Part shown: piece after piece, positions 27,492-35,760 of the stretch
How positions within the stretch are numbered: position 1 is the stretch's first letter
How the letters are laid out: every line of letters begins with the position of its first letter
From: Sumerlaeia bacterium
Lineage (GTDB): Bacteria > Sumerlaeota > Sumerlaeia > SLMS01 > JAHLLQ01
Length of the DNA stretch: 64,000 bases
Direction of reading: 5' to 3'
NCBI GenBank assembly: GCA_040219255.1
Contig: JAVJSW010000049.1
Span: forward strand, 58,067-122,066
The notes under the pieces: generated by a model
Seen by the model: only the letters and a program-made list of their open reading frames with translations
Databases searched by the model: none
What the model was told of the DNA's origin: nothing
Position numbers and translations under genes: made by a program

Positions 27492-29402
27492 ATGACCACT
27501 TCATTCACTCGACTTGTGGCGTGTTGCGCGGCGCTGGCGCTGGCGGGCACGGCACTGGCCCAAGTTCCCGCTTCCCCCCGGCGCCAGAAGCCCGATCCCG
27601 CAGCCAAGCGCGCGACCTCCATTCCCCTCTGCGGAATGCACTTGGTGAAGCCGAAAATGCGCCCGCTCTTCGCCGACACCACGGCTTTCAAGGGCACCCC
27701 CATCGCCGAGGCCGAACCCAACAATATCCCCGCCAACGCCACACCCACCCCCCTGGGCCGCGGCGTCAGTCAGACCCTTACCGTCAGCGTCTCCGGCGTC
27801 ATGACGGTGACTCCCAGTTCGAACACGCCGATCACCACCTCGGAAGAAAACGGCTCGATCCCGACCGCCACGAACACCGGGCTGTCCAGCAGCAACGAAG
27901 GCCAGGTGACCGTGACCTCCGACATCGGCGTGCTGCCCGCCACCGGCGATTTCGACCACTACCGGGTCAGCGCCGTCGCCGGCCAAACCATCACCGCGGA
28001 AACGACGACTCCGGCCTCGGGTCTCGATACCATCATCGACCTCTACGACAGTTCGGGCAACCTCCTGGCCTCGAACGACGACAGGGGGATCGGCGATACC
28101 GACTCGATCGTCACATGGCCGGTTACAGCCGACGGGGACTACTACATTTCCGTCACCGGCTATCCGACCCTTCAACTGGATCCATTCGATCCCAATTCCG
28201 GCGACGGCCCCCCGGATACCACCGGCACCTACAACCTCGTGATCGATCTGAGCACCTCCGATCTGGACCTGTTCGCCGTCGACGTCGCGGCCGGCGATTT
28301 GCTCAGCGTGCGCATCAACAATGGCTCGGCGGCCGGTCAGATTTCGGTCTTCGACTCCGCCGGCACACTGCGCGCCAGCACCACCGAGAACGTCGTCTCC
28401 TTCAGTCCCCCGCCGCTCACCGCCCCCGTGCTTCAGGGCGGCACCGTCACCTTCTCGCAGATCATCGAGACGGCGGGCACCTACTACGTCGGCTTCTCCG
28501 TCGGCGAAGGCGCCTACACCGCCGACATCCAGGTCGGCTATCCCGGCGCCATCGACGCCCCCCTCGGCACCGAGCAGATTCTCTTCCTCGACTTCGATGG
28601 CGCCACCATCAACGCCGCGGCGCTGTTTGGCTCCGGCAGTTCCAACGCGGTCATGTCGCCCCTCTCGTCCTTCCTCACCGGCTGGGGCCTCGCTCCCTCC
28701 GAGGAGAGCGACCTGATCGACGCCATCATCGCCGTGGTGGAAGAAAACCTCATCGACGACCTGCGCGACAGCGGACTCAATGGCGATTACGCCACCACTG
28801 GCATCCCCGGCGAATTCGCCCTCACTATCCTCAACAGCCGGGATGACCCGGACCCCTTCGGCCAGCCCAACGTCAGCCGCGTGATCGTCGGCGGCACCAT
28901 CGCCGAAACCGGCGTCCCCACCGTCGGCATCGCCGAGTCCATCGACGTCGGCAACTTCTATCGCGCCGAAACCGCCATCGTCCTCCTGGACAACCTCTCG
29001 GATCCGGACACCGACAACCCCAACAGCGCCAACGCCTACGGCGTGCAAGCCCCCTACACCAAAATCCAAGCGGTGGCCCAGGTCGTCGGCAACATCGTCG
29101 CCCACGAAGCCGGCCACTACTTCGGCTGCTGGCACACCGATCAGTTCAACGTCCAGCCTGAACTCATGGACCAGGGCGGCAATCCGGTGAATACCTTCGG
29201 CCCCGGACCCGACCAGACCTTCGGCACCCCCGACGATGTGGACGTCGATTTCGGCATCGACGTCTTCAATGGGGATGAGGGCGTTTACTTCGGGAACGAA
29301 AATAACCTCAGCGCCATCATCTTCGGCCTCTCCACTGGTGCCGACGGCAACCCCGGTGTCATTCCCAGCACGGCCGACAGCTCCTTCTGGCAGCTTTACT
29401 AA
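27492..29402 (+). CDS. Secreted metzincin-type zinc metalloprotease with PPC (pre-peptidase C-terminal-like) domains.
   Basis: ORF 27459..29402; Met12 begins signal peptide MTTSFTRLVACCAALALAGTALAQ. AEPNN..AT..G plus DxDyY (PPC pattern) twice. HEAGHYFGCWH equals the HExxHxxGxxH metzincin zinc site. Confidence 0.75.
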   Translation: MTTSFTRLVACCAALALAGTALAQVPASPRRQKPDPAAKRATSIPLCGMHLVKPKMRPLFADTTAFKGTPIAEAEPNNIPANATPTPLGRGVSQTLTVSVSGVMTVTPSSNTPITTSEENGSIPTATNTGLSSSNEGQVTVTSDIGVLPATGDFDHYRVSAVAGQTITAETTTPASGLDTIIDLYDSSGNLLASNDDRGIGDTDSIVTWPVTADGDYYISVTGYPTLQLDPFDPNSGDGPPDTTGTYNLVIDLSTSDLDLFAVDVAAGDLLSVRINNGSAAGQISVFDSAGTLRASTTENVVSFSPPPLTAPVLQGGTVTFSQIIETAGTYYVGFSVGEGAYTADIQVGYPGAIDAPLGTEQILFLDFDGATINAAALFGSGSSNAVMSPLSSFLTGWGLAPSEESDLIDAIIAVVEENLIDDLRDSGLNGDYATTGIPGEFALTILNSRDDPDPFGQPNVSRVIVGGTIAETGVPTVGIAESIDVGNFYRAETAIVLLDNLSDPDTDNPNSANAYGVQAPYTKIQAVAQVVGNIVAHEAGHYFGCWHTDQFNVQPELMDQGGNPVNTFGPGPDQTFGTPDDVDVDFGIDVFNGDEGVYFGNENNLSAIIFGLSTGADGNPGVIPSTADSSFWQLY

Positions 29403-29442
29403 GACCCGGCCGCTCCCCTTTGGGCGGCGTCCAGGCCACACC

Positions 29443-29979
29443 TCAGGGCTGACTTCTCGAAGGCTCCTCCTCGCGGGGAGCCTTTGTTTTGTCATCGCTT
29501 TCGTTCTTGAACGCCTTCCTCTCGAACACGTTCACCCCCCAGTTGATCAGGACGCCGAGAAACGCGAGCCCCACCGCGGTGATGTATTGTTCGAGCGCCG
29601 TGACCACGCCCACGCCGGTGACGAAGAAAATCGACGCGGCGGTCGTCAGGTTCTGGACCTTGCCCTCGTCGTGGAGTTGAATGATCGTTCCCGCCCCGAT
29701 AAAGCTGACGCCGATGATGATGGCCTGCAGCACGCGAATCGGATCCACTTCGATCTTGTCGCCGAGGCTTTCCATGAACTTGAGCGATGCGATGCGGGCG
29801 GCGTACACGAACAGCGCCGCCCCCGCGGACACGAACATGTGCGTGCGCAGCCCCGCAGCCTTGTGGTGCCATTCGCGCTCCATGCCGACGATCCCGCCCA
29901 GAAGCGCCGCCAGGCCGATGTGAAGTAACGTGCCGAGTTCCGAATTCCAGTCCATCGTGCCGCCTGCTCCGTTCTCCAA
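29443..29979 (-). CDS. mgtC: MgtC/SapB family membrane protein.
   Basis: [32 protein letters not shown] is the MgtC N-terminal signature. The start is either 29979 or the Met at 29955. Confidence 0.8.
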   Translation of the reverse strand: MENGAGGTMDWNSELGTLLHIGLAALLGGIVGMEREWHHKAAGLRTHMFVSAGAALFVYAARIASLKFMESLGDKIEVDPIRVLQAIIIGVSFIGAGTIIQLHDEGKVQNLTTAASIFFVTGVGVVTALEQYITAVGLAFLGVLINWGVNVFERKAFKNESDDKTKAPREEEPSRSQP

Positions 29980-30130
29980 ATCATGGTGGAATTCCGTTAG
30001 GATACGTTCAGCAAGTCCCTCGCCAACGGGGACTTATCGCTTGAAGGCCGGCGCCCCTTGGCGGAATGCTTCCTCGCGGCGCGCGACCCGCGCCCCATCT
30101 TTGGAAAGGGCCCTGCCCCCCCACCCGATC

Positions 30131-30547
30131 ATGTCTTCCTCCACCGCCGATTACACCGCTTTGCTCGAACGGGTCAAATTCGACGACAAGGGCCTGCTGT
30201 CCTGTATCTGCCAGGACGCCGCCACGGGCGAGGTGCTGATGTTCGCCTTCATGAACCGCGAATCCCTCGCCATCACGCTCGAGCGCGGGCAGGCCTGCTA
30301 CTGGAGCCGCTCGCGCCAGAAACTCTGGCTCAAGGGCGAATCGAGCGGCCACACGCAGAAAATCGTCGAAATGCGGCTCGATTGCGATGGCGACTGCTTG
30401 CTCATCAAGGTCGAGCAGCAGGGCGCCGCCTGCCACACCGGCTATCGTTCGTGCTTCTACCGCCGCGTGGACGGCGGCTCGTGGGTCGAGGACGGCGAAC
30501 GGGAACTCTCGCAGGACGAGATGGACAAGAAGTACGGGAAGAAATAG
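30131..30547 (+). CDS. hisI: Phosphoribosyl-AMP cyclohydrolase (HisI).
   Basis: ORF 29930..30547; Met68. [31 protein letters not shown]...[20 protein letters not shown]...[27 protein letters not shown], with conserved Cys/Asp metal ligands. Confidence 0.9.
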   Translation: MSSSTADYTALLERVKFDDKGLLSCICQDAATGEVLMFAFMNRESLAITLERGQACYWSRSRQKLWLKGESSGHTQKIVEMRLDCDGDCLLIKVEQQGAACHTGYRSCFYRRVDGGSWVEDGERELSQDEMDKKYGKK

Positions 30548-30623
30548 GGTAAGGGATCACCTGTTCGTCTTCGCGCCTCCAGGCGCGTGAGGCTCCGAAG
30601 ACCGAGCGGCACCCGGCCTGTCC

Positions 30624-31250
30624 TCACAGCCCCCGGTGCGGTTCCGGCAGGGGCCGTTGGGCCTCGTAGATGTCGGCCGGCGGGTACCAGCCTTCCTCGT
30701 CCTGGATGCGGGCGATTTCCGCCAAAGCGAGGCGGAGCCACTCAGGGGGGTTCGGGACGGTGCAGCCGCGATGGTGCTCGAAAACGATAATCCGGATCGG
30801 CCCGGCGCCCTCGAACCCGTCGGCGATCCAGGATTGGCCGTAGCGGTCGTAGCTCAGACAAAGCGGATCGCGCAGCGATTGCGTGATGTGAAGGCATTCG
30901 TGGGTGAGGCGAATGCGGCGGGCGAGGACGAAGTGGCTGATTGCCAGAATGGCAAGGGCCACGCAAGAAATCAGGATGAGCAGCAATCCCCCCACAACCC
31001 ATTCCAGCTCCGTTGAGGCGCTGCCCTCCCGAACGGCCTCGAAGCCAACGGCCAGGCCAAGGAGGGCCAGGGGCGGAACCACGCAGGTCCATCGATTGTA
31101 GTGCGCGGGCCAGTTCCAAATCTGAATGCGATTCGCCATCGCATCCGCCAGCCGGTCGGCGACAGGCGGTTGGACGAAGGGTTCGGTGCGGGTGGAGATT
31201 CCGATTTTCATGGGGTCGATCGAGAAGCCGCCGGACGCGGAGGCGGCCAT
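30624..31250 (-). CDS. Hypothetical membrane protein with HExxH motif (HECLH) directly after a TM helix; last gene of the terminase module. Start at 31250 or 31211.
   Basis: ORF 30624..32255. Only the C-terminal ~200 aa are non-degenerate; upstream is Arg/Pro junk antisense to the terminase. Two TM helices (VVPPLALLGLAVGF; WVVGGLLLILISCVALAILAISHFVLA), then RLTHECLHITQSL. Confidence 0.5.
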   Translation of the reverse strand: MAASASGGFSIDPMKIGISTRTEPFVQPPVADRLADAMANRIQIWNWPAHYNRWTCVVPPLALLGLAVGFEAVREGSASTELEWVVGGLLLILISCVALAILAISHFVLARRIRLTHECLHITQSLRDPLCLSYDRYGQSWIADGFEGAGPIRIIVFEHHRGCTVPNPPEWLRLALAEIARIQDEEGWYPPADIYEAQRPLPEPHRGL

Positions 31251-31315
31251 TCCATCCAGGGCGAGGTGTGGCCCCGTAGCTTTGCAAGAGTCGGGCTCGT
31301 TTTGACAAGGGCGAA

Positions 31316-33070
31316 TCAGCCATGGCACAAGTCTCTCCTTTTCAAAGGTTTTTGGCCGGGGCGAGGAGCGTGATGGAGGCTTTCGGCTTCGAAATCGGAC
31401 CCGCTCCCTCGGCGCTGTGCCGAACGTTGGGCGAGGGCGGCGGCCCCGGCGGCGGCGTCGAGCGCGTCGTCGTGGGCGGTGCGGGGAAAGCGCGCCAGTT
31501 CCTCCCAGAACTCTTCCGGCAGGGTCTCGCCCAGCACCAGGCGGCCATTCGCCAGCAGCGGCTCCAGGGCGGCGATGCGGGCTTCTTTGCGGCGCGTGGG
31601 TTTGACGACTTCGATGACGAGATCGGCTCCAGGAAGGCCCTCGGCGCCGCGGCGCCGGCGCTCCTCTTCGATGGGCAGGGTCAGCAGTTCCTGGAACCCG
31701 GTGCCTTCCACGGCGAGGCGCTCGAAGGGCAGCTCCTCGTGCATGGCGAAGAGGGCGGCGACCTGCTCGCTCGGTTTGGCGCGTTTGACCCAGAGGTCGA
31801 GGAGGATGAGGAGGCCGCCCTCGGCCACCGCGACGCGGGCGAGGGCGGCGAAGTCGCCTGTGCCTTGGGCGCGGCTCTTCCCAAGGGCCGAGTCGAGGAA
31901 GCCGAAGACGCGCAGGGGTCCCTCGACGCGGCGGGGAGGCTGGGCCGGGGCGCCGTGGCTGGCGGGCGGCAGGAGGTCGACGGCGCCGCCGGTGGCGGGG
32001 CGGGCGCGCCAGTAGCGCTCGGGTTCGAAGAGGGCGTCTTCGGGGCCGAGGGGCTGGTTCTGTTTCTCCTGATAGAAGGCGCGGCGGCCGTTGGCGATCA
32101 TCTGGGCCATGAGGTGCTCGATGTCTTCGTGCTCGGGCCAGAGGACGGCGGTTCCGGCCTCCATGGCGCGGCGGTGCTCGAGGAAGTATCCCCGGGCGGC
32201 GGCGCGGCGGCCGGGGGTGGCCGGGTCCGAGAGCAGGCGGCGCCATTCCTCCCACGCGGGCGAGGGCGGCGGGAAGGCCTGGACGGATGGCAGGACGAGG
32301 CCTTCGAAGTCCGGGCGCCCGATGAGCGCGGGCAGTAGTCCGGCGGGATGGAGGATCGTGCCGACGGCCAGCATATGGGTAGCTCCGTCGCCGAGGTGCT
32401 CGATGACCTCGGCGAACCAGTCGTGGGTCTTGGCGCGGCGCCGGGGCGAATCGGCGGCGGCGGTGGATTCGGCGTCGTCGAGGATGATTTTCGTGGGGCG
32501 CCAGCCGTCGTGGCTGATGCCGCGCATTTCGGCGCCACAGCCAAAGGCTTCGACGCGGACGCCGCCCACAACGAGGGCGCGTTCGGTGCTCTCGACGTTG
32601 GCACGGCCGCAGAGTTCGGGATAGAAGCGGGTGATGGCCCCCCGGCCCAGGAGTTCGGCGCGCAGGGCGGCGAGGCGCTGCTGGGCCTGGCGCTGGGTGG
32701 CGGAGACGAGGACGATGTAGCGCTCGCGGCGGTAGGCGAGGTCGTGGAGGACGAGGGCGAAGCTGGCGAGGGTGCTCTTGGCCGAACCGCGCGGAGCGGC
32801 CACGGCGAAGCGCAGCCCGGCGCGATCGGGAAAGGGGGGCTCGCCCATGCGCCGGTGCCAGGCGAAGAGCTGGCGGTGGAACGGCGCGAAGGGCAGGCGG
32901 GCGAAATCCGGCAGCGCCAGGCGGACGAAGAGCGGCAGGTCGGCGGCGGCGCGCTCGCGCAGGAGCGCCGGGTGCCGCCGCGGGTTAATCGTCTTCAGAA
33001 GCTGATGAAAGGTGGCCGGCGAGCAGGTCCGGACCCAGTTTTTCGAGGTGGGCGAGGAAGTCGTCATCAT
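31316..33070 (-). CDS. Phage terminase large subunit-like protein (ATPase + RNase-H-like nuclease).
   Basis: Walker A AAPRGSAKST. Walker B-like KIILDDAES. C-terminal nuclease-fold Asp residues in FGFLDSALGKS...GDFAALARV and ARFPRTAHDDALDAAAG, matching the TerL terminal-nuclease (terminase_6C / TIGR01630-like) pattern. Confidence 0.75.
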   Translation of the reverse strand: MMTTSSPTSKNWVRTCSPATFHQLLKTINPRRHPALLRERAAADLPLFVRLALPDFARLPFAPFHRQLFAWHRRMGEPPFPDRAGLRFAVAAPRGSAKSTLASFALVLHDLAYRRERYIVLVSATQRQAQQRLAALRAELLGRGAITRFYPELCGRANVESTERALVVGGVRVEAFGCGAEMRGISHDGWRPTKIILDDAESTAAADSPRRRAKTHDWFAEVIEHLGDGATHMLAVGTILHPAGLLPALIGRPDFEGLVLPSVQAFPPPSPAWEEWRRLLSDPATPGRRAAARGYFLEHRRAMEAGTAVLWPEHEDIEHLMAQMIANGRRAFYQEKQNQPLGPEDALFEPERYWRARPATGGAVDLLPPASHGAPAQPPRRVEGPLRVFGFLDSALGKSRAQGTGDFAALARVAVAEGGLLILLDLWVKRAKPSEQVAALFAMHEELPFERLAVEGTGFQELLTLPIEEERRRRGAEGLPGADLVIEVVKPTRRKEARIAALEPLLANGRLVLGETLPEEFWEELARFPRTAHDDALDAAAGAAALAQRSAQRRGSGSDFEAESLHHAPRPGQKPLKRRDLCHG

Positions 33071-33356
33071 CGGGGGTGGTCTCCGTGAGGGTGTTGAGGC
33101 GATGGGCGAGGAGTTCGATTTCGAGGAGGGTCTTGGTCATGGCGAAGGCATTCTTGAGTTCCGCCAGACGGTCCGGCGCCGGCAGGCGCGCGTGGGAGTT
33201 TTCGGCCTCGGAGAGGGAGGCGTCGAAGAGGGCGAGCCAGCGCTTGAGGAGCCCGTGGGCGAGATCGAGGGTGGGGCGCCATTGGGGCTCTTGGGGTGGA
33301 GGGGTTGGCTTGGACATGGGTGAGGGGGGCCTTTCGGTGGCGAGTTGGAAAGGCAT
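32985..33356 (-). CDS. Small acidic helical protein upstream of and overlapping the terminase gene (candidate small terminase/DNA-recognition subunit or regulator). Start uncertain (33356 or 33317).
   Basis: ORF 32985..33422. Overlaps the terminase start by ~85 nt, a common small/large terminase arrangement. No motif recognised. Confidence 0.4.
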   Translation of the reverse strand: MPFQLATERPPSPMSKPTPPPQEPQWRPTLDLAHGLLKRWLALFDASLSEAENSHARLPAPDRLAELKNAFAMTKTLLEIELLAHRLNTLTETTPDDDDFLAHLEKLGPDLLAGHLSSASEDD

Positions 33357-33416
33357 GGAAACACAGACGGTTTCGTTTGTCCCCTCATGTGGAGCTTCGG
33401 GAGAAAGAAAGACAAA

Positions 33417-33488
33417 ATACACTTATCAGACAAGATTCACCTGTCAGACAAAACGCACCTATCAGACAAGACAGACCTGTCAGACAAG
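33417..33488. repeat. Four tandem 18-bp direct repeats (iteron-like): ATACACTTATCAGACAAG / ATTCACCTGTCAGACAAA / ACGCACCTATCAGACAAG / ACAGACCTGTCAGACAAG. Consensus A-N-N-C/G-A-C-(C/T)-T-R-TCAGACAAR.
   Basis: Read directly from the sequence. Unit length is exactly 18 with no spacers. The array lies ~60-130 nt 5' of the small ORF/terminase operon on the minus strand and ~280 nt 5' of the Fe-S carrier gene on the plus strand. Confidence 0.8.
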
Positions 33489-33769
33489 TGGGCGAAAAGA
33501 TCCGGTGCGGAGGAAAGCCCCCACGGCTGGACGGGGAGGCGGGCGGTGAAGAGGCCCGATTGTCCAGGTTTCCGAAAAGAAGCCTGGACACTGGGAAAGA
33601 CGGCGCGGCGTTGGAAGGCAATAACTGGACACCATGCCGGGAATTGTGAGCGGGAGGGAGTTGGCAAGAAGTCTGCTACTCAGAGACGTGACGCGCCTTT
33701 TTGGCGCTTGGAATCACAGAACCCCCGAATTATCAACACTTTGCGAAGAGGCACAGGAGAGGTGGAGAG

Positions 33770-34093
33770 ATGATTGAGATCACTCCGAAAGCAGCGGATG
33801 AAGTGAAACGGCTTCTGAAGACGGAAGGCAAAGAGGACTGGGCGCTGCGGGTCGGCGTCGTGGGCGGTGGCTGTTCCGGGCTGAACTACACGCTGGCCTT
33901 CGACAAGGATCCGGGCAAGGCGGACACGGTTTTCGTGATCGATGGCATCCGGGTTCTGGTCGATCCAAAGGCCTACCTGTTTCTGAACGGCATGACCGTG
34001 GACTATTCCTCGGACCTTCTGAACGGCGGGTTCCGCTTCGTGAACCCGAACGCCAAGCGCACGTGCTCCTGCGGGACGTCGTTCGCGGTCTAA
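33770..34093 (+). CDS. Iron-sulfur cluster insertion/carrier protein, HesB/IscA/ErpA family.
   Basis: ORF 33701..34093; Met24 is preceded by AGGAGAGGTGGAGAG. MIEITPKAADEVKRLL...GGGCSGLNY...FVNPNAKRTCSCGTSF, with the three conserved Cys. Confidence 0.9.
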   Translation: MIEITPKAADEVKRLLKTEGKEDWALRVGVVGGGCSGLNYTLAFDKDPGKADTVFVIDGIRVLVDPKAYLFLNGMTVDYSSDLLNGGFRFVNPNAKRTCSCGTSFAV

Positions 34094-34121
34094 CGCACCG
34101 AAGCCAAACGAGAAGACCGGA

Positions 34122-34154
34122 AGCCGCTTGCTGAGAGCGGCTGTTTGGTTTTTA
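34122..34154 (+). terminator. Putative rho-independent terminator (stem AGCCGC/GCGGCT, loop TTGCTGAGA, followed by GTTTGGTTTTT) between convergent Fe-S carrier gene and proB.
   Basis: Inverted repeat plus T-rich tail seen in sequence. Modest stem. Confidence 0.35.
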
Positions 34155-34222
34155 AGCCGATGGGTGAAAGAGAGACAGGGGTGGAAGCCGAGGCGCGGGC
34201 CCTGGGATGAAGGCCCCGGCGC

Positions 34223-35464
34223 CTACACCGGCACGCCGTCGTCCGGGCCGGGCACACGGCCGCTGCGCTCCAGCGCCGTGACGTGCAGGTTGTTGCGGTG
34301 GATCGCTTCGTCGTACTCGGGGCGTTTGCCGAGCGCTTCGGGAAGATCGTGGACGCGGCAGCCCTTGATGCGGTCGAGGATTTCGCGCGAGTAATTGGTG
34401 ACGCCGCGGGCGATTTCTTCCCCGCCGGGGCCCAGGACGGTGACGACATCGCCGCGGGTGAAGCGGCCCTCGACGGCGGTGATGCCGACGGGCAGGAGGC
34501 TGCGGCCGCCTTCGACGAGGGCGGCGCGGGCGCCATCGTCCACGACGATGCGGCCTTTGGGGCGGCGCTGGGCAATCCAGTGGGTGCGGGCGCGGCCACG
34601 GGCGCGCAGGGCGCGGCTGCCACTGGGCAGGAAATGGGTGCCCCGGAACTCGCCAGCGAAGATATCCCCTAGAATCGTGTCGCAACGCCCATTGGCCACG
34701 ACAGCGTGCAGCCCAAAGCGGTTGGCGTGGCGGGCCGCTTCGACCTTGCTGGCCATGCCGCCGCGGCCGACACCGCTGATGGAGCCACCGGCGACGGCGA
34801 GCAATTCGGGCGTGATGCGGTCGACCTGCTCGATCAGTTGGGCCTGTGGGTCATTCTGCGGATTGGCGGTGTAGAGCCCGTCGAGGTCCGTCAGGATGAC
34901 CAGCATCTCAGCGTTGGTCTTCGCGGCAATGATGGCGGAGAGCATGTCGTTGTCGCCAAAGGTCAGTTCCTCGGTGGCGACCGTGTCGTTCTCGTTGATG
35001 ATGGGAACGACGCCCTGGGTGGCGAGGAGGGCTTCGAGGGTGTGGCCGGCGTTGAGGTAGCGACGGCGGTCTTCCAGGTCCTCGCGCGTGAGAAGGATTT
35101 GGGCGGTGGCGAGCCCGTGGGGGTGGAAAGCGGCTTCCCAGGTGGCCATGAGGCGGCTCTGGCCAACGGCGGCGAGGGCCTGGAGTTGGGGCAGATGGGT
35201 GGGCCGGGCGGCCATCCCCAGGGCCCCTAAACCGGCGGCGACGGCGCCCGAAGACACGAGCAGGACCTGGCTGCCTCGGGTGGTGACTTCGGCAATCTGC
35301 GCGGCGATGGACTGGAGCCGCGCGCGGTTGAGTCCGGGCCCGGGATGGCTCAGGACGTTGCTTCCGACCTTGACGACGACGCGCAGCGGAGGGCGGCCCT
35401 GATCGAAGGGGAAACGGGTGCGGACGGTGGTGGCAAAGGGGGGTGGGGACGCGCTCTCGGTCAT
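34223..35464 (-). CDS. proB: Glutamate 5-kinase (ProB) with C-terminal PUA domain.
   Basis: VVVKVGSNVL...IINENDTVATEELTFGDNDMLSAIIAAK...ILTDLDGLYT...GRGGMASKVEAA...PUA (GRIVVDDGARAALVEGGRSLLPVGI). Confidence 0.9.
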   Translation of the reverse strand: MTESASPPPFATTVRTRFPFDQGRPPLRVVVKVGSNVLSHPGPGLNRARLQSIAAQIAEVTTRGSQVLLVSSGAVAAGLGALGMAARPTHLPQLQALAAVGQSRLMATWEAAFHPHGLATAQILLTREDLEDRRRYLNAGHTLEALLATQGVVPIINENDTVATEELTFGDNDMLSAIIAAKTNAEMLVILTDLDGLYTANPQNDPQAQLIEQVDRITPELLAVAGGSISGVGRGGMASKVEAARHANRFGLHAVVANGRCDTILGDIFAGEFRGTHFLPSGSRALRARGRARTHWIAQRRPKGRIVVDDGARAALVEGGRSLLPVGITAVEGRFTRGDVVTVLGPGGEEIARGVTNYSREILDRIKGCRVHDLPEALGKRPEYDEAIHRNNLHVTALERSGRVPGPDDGVPV

Positions 35465-35760
35465 AGGTGCAAAAAGGGCCGAGACGGCCGGAAAGGCAAG
35501 GGAAACAGAGAGGACGAGCGCTTGGCGGTTTTTTTTCGCCTGGGGTCTGGAGTGGCCAAAAACGAGCGGTAAGCTCTTGAATGATTCCTTAAATTTCCAG
35601 GTGATCCCGCCGGGATCGGTGTAGATTGCGTTTTTTGTACCGCTGGACTTGGTGATGTGAGTCTTTTCGACTTGCCGGTTCGTCCGTGAGTCCCTACATT
35701 TTCCTGTTCATTTTGAGAGAGTCGCCTCTCCAGAAGACCTGCTGCCAGGAAGGTTCCGAT

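Noticed and set aside
31265-32255. N-terminal 330 aa of ORF 30624..32255
   Set aside because: It is RRRP-type low-complexity antisense to the terminase gene. Only the C-terminal ~200 aa (two TM helices, HECLH) look like a real protein.
33590-33640. Similarity of 'ggaattgtgagcgg' to the lac operator half-site
   Set aside because: It is only a partial half-site with no dyad partner, so it may be coincidental.
33345-33773. Plus-strand ORF translating the 18-bp repeats as KIHLSDKIHLSDKTHLSDKTDLSDK
   Set aside because: There is no signal, RBS or flanking domain, and the repeats are an exact 18-nt DNA periodicity. This is more parsimoniously a regulatory DNA array than a repeat protein. Kept as a repeat feature instead.
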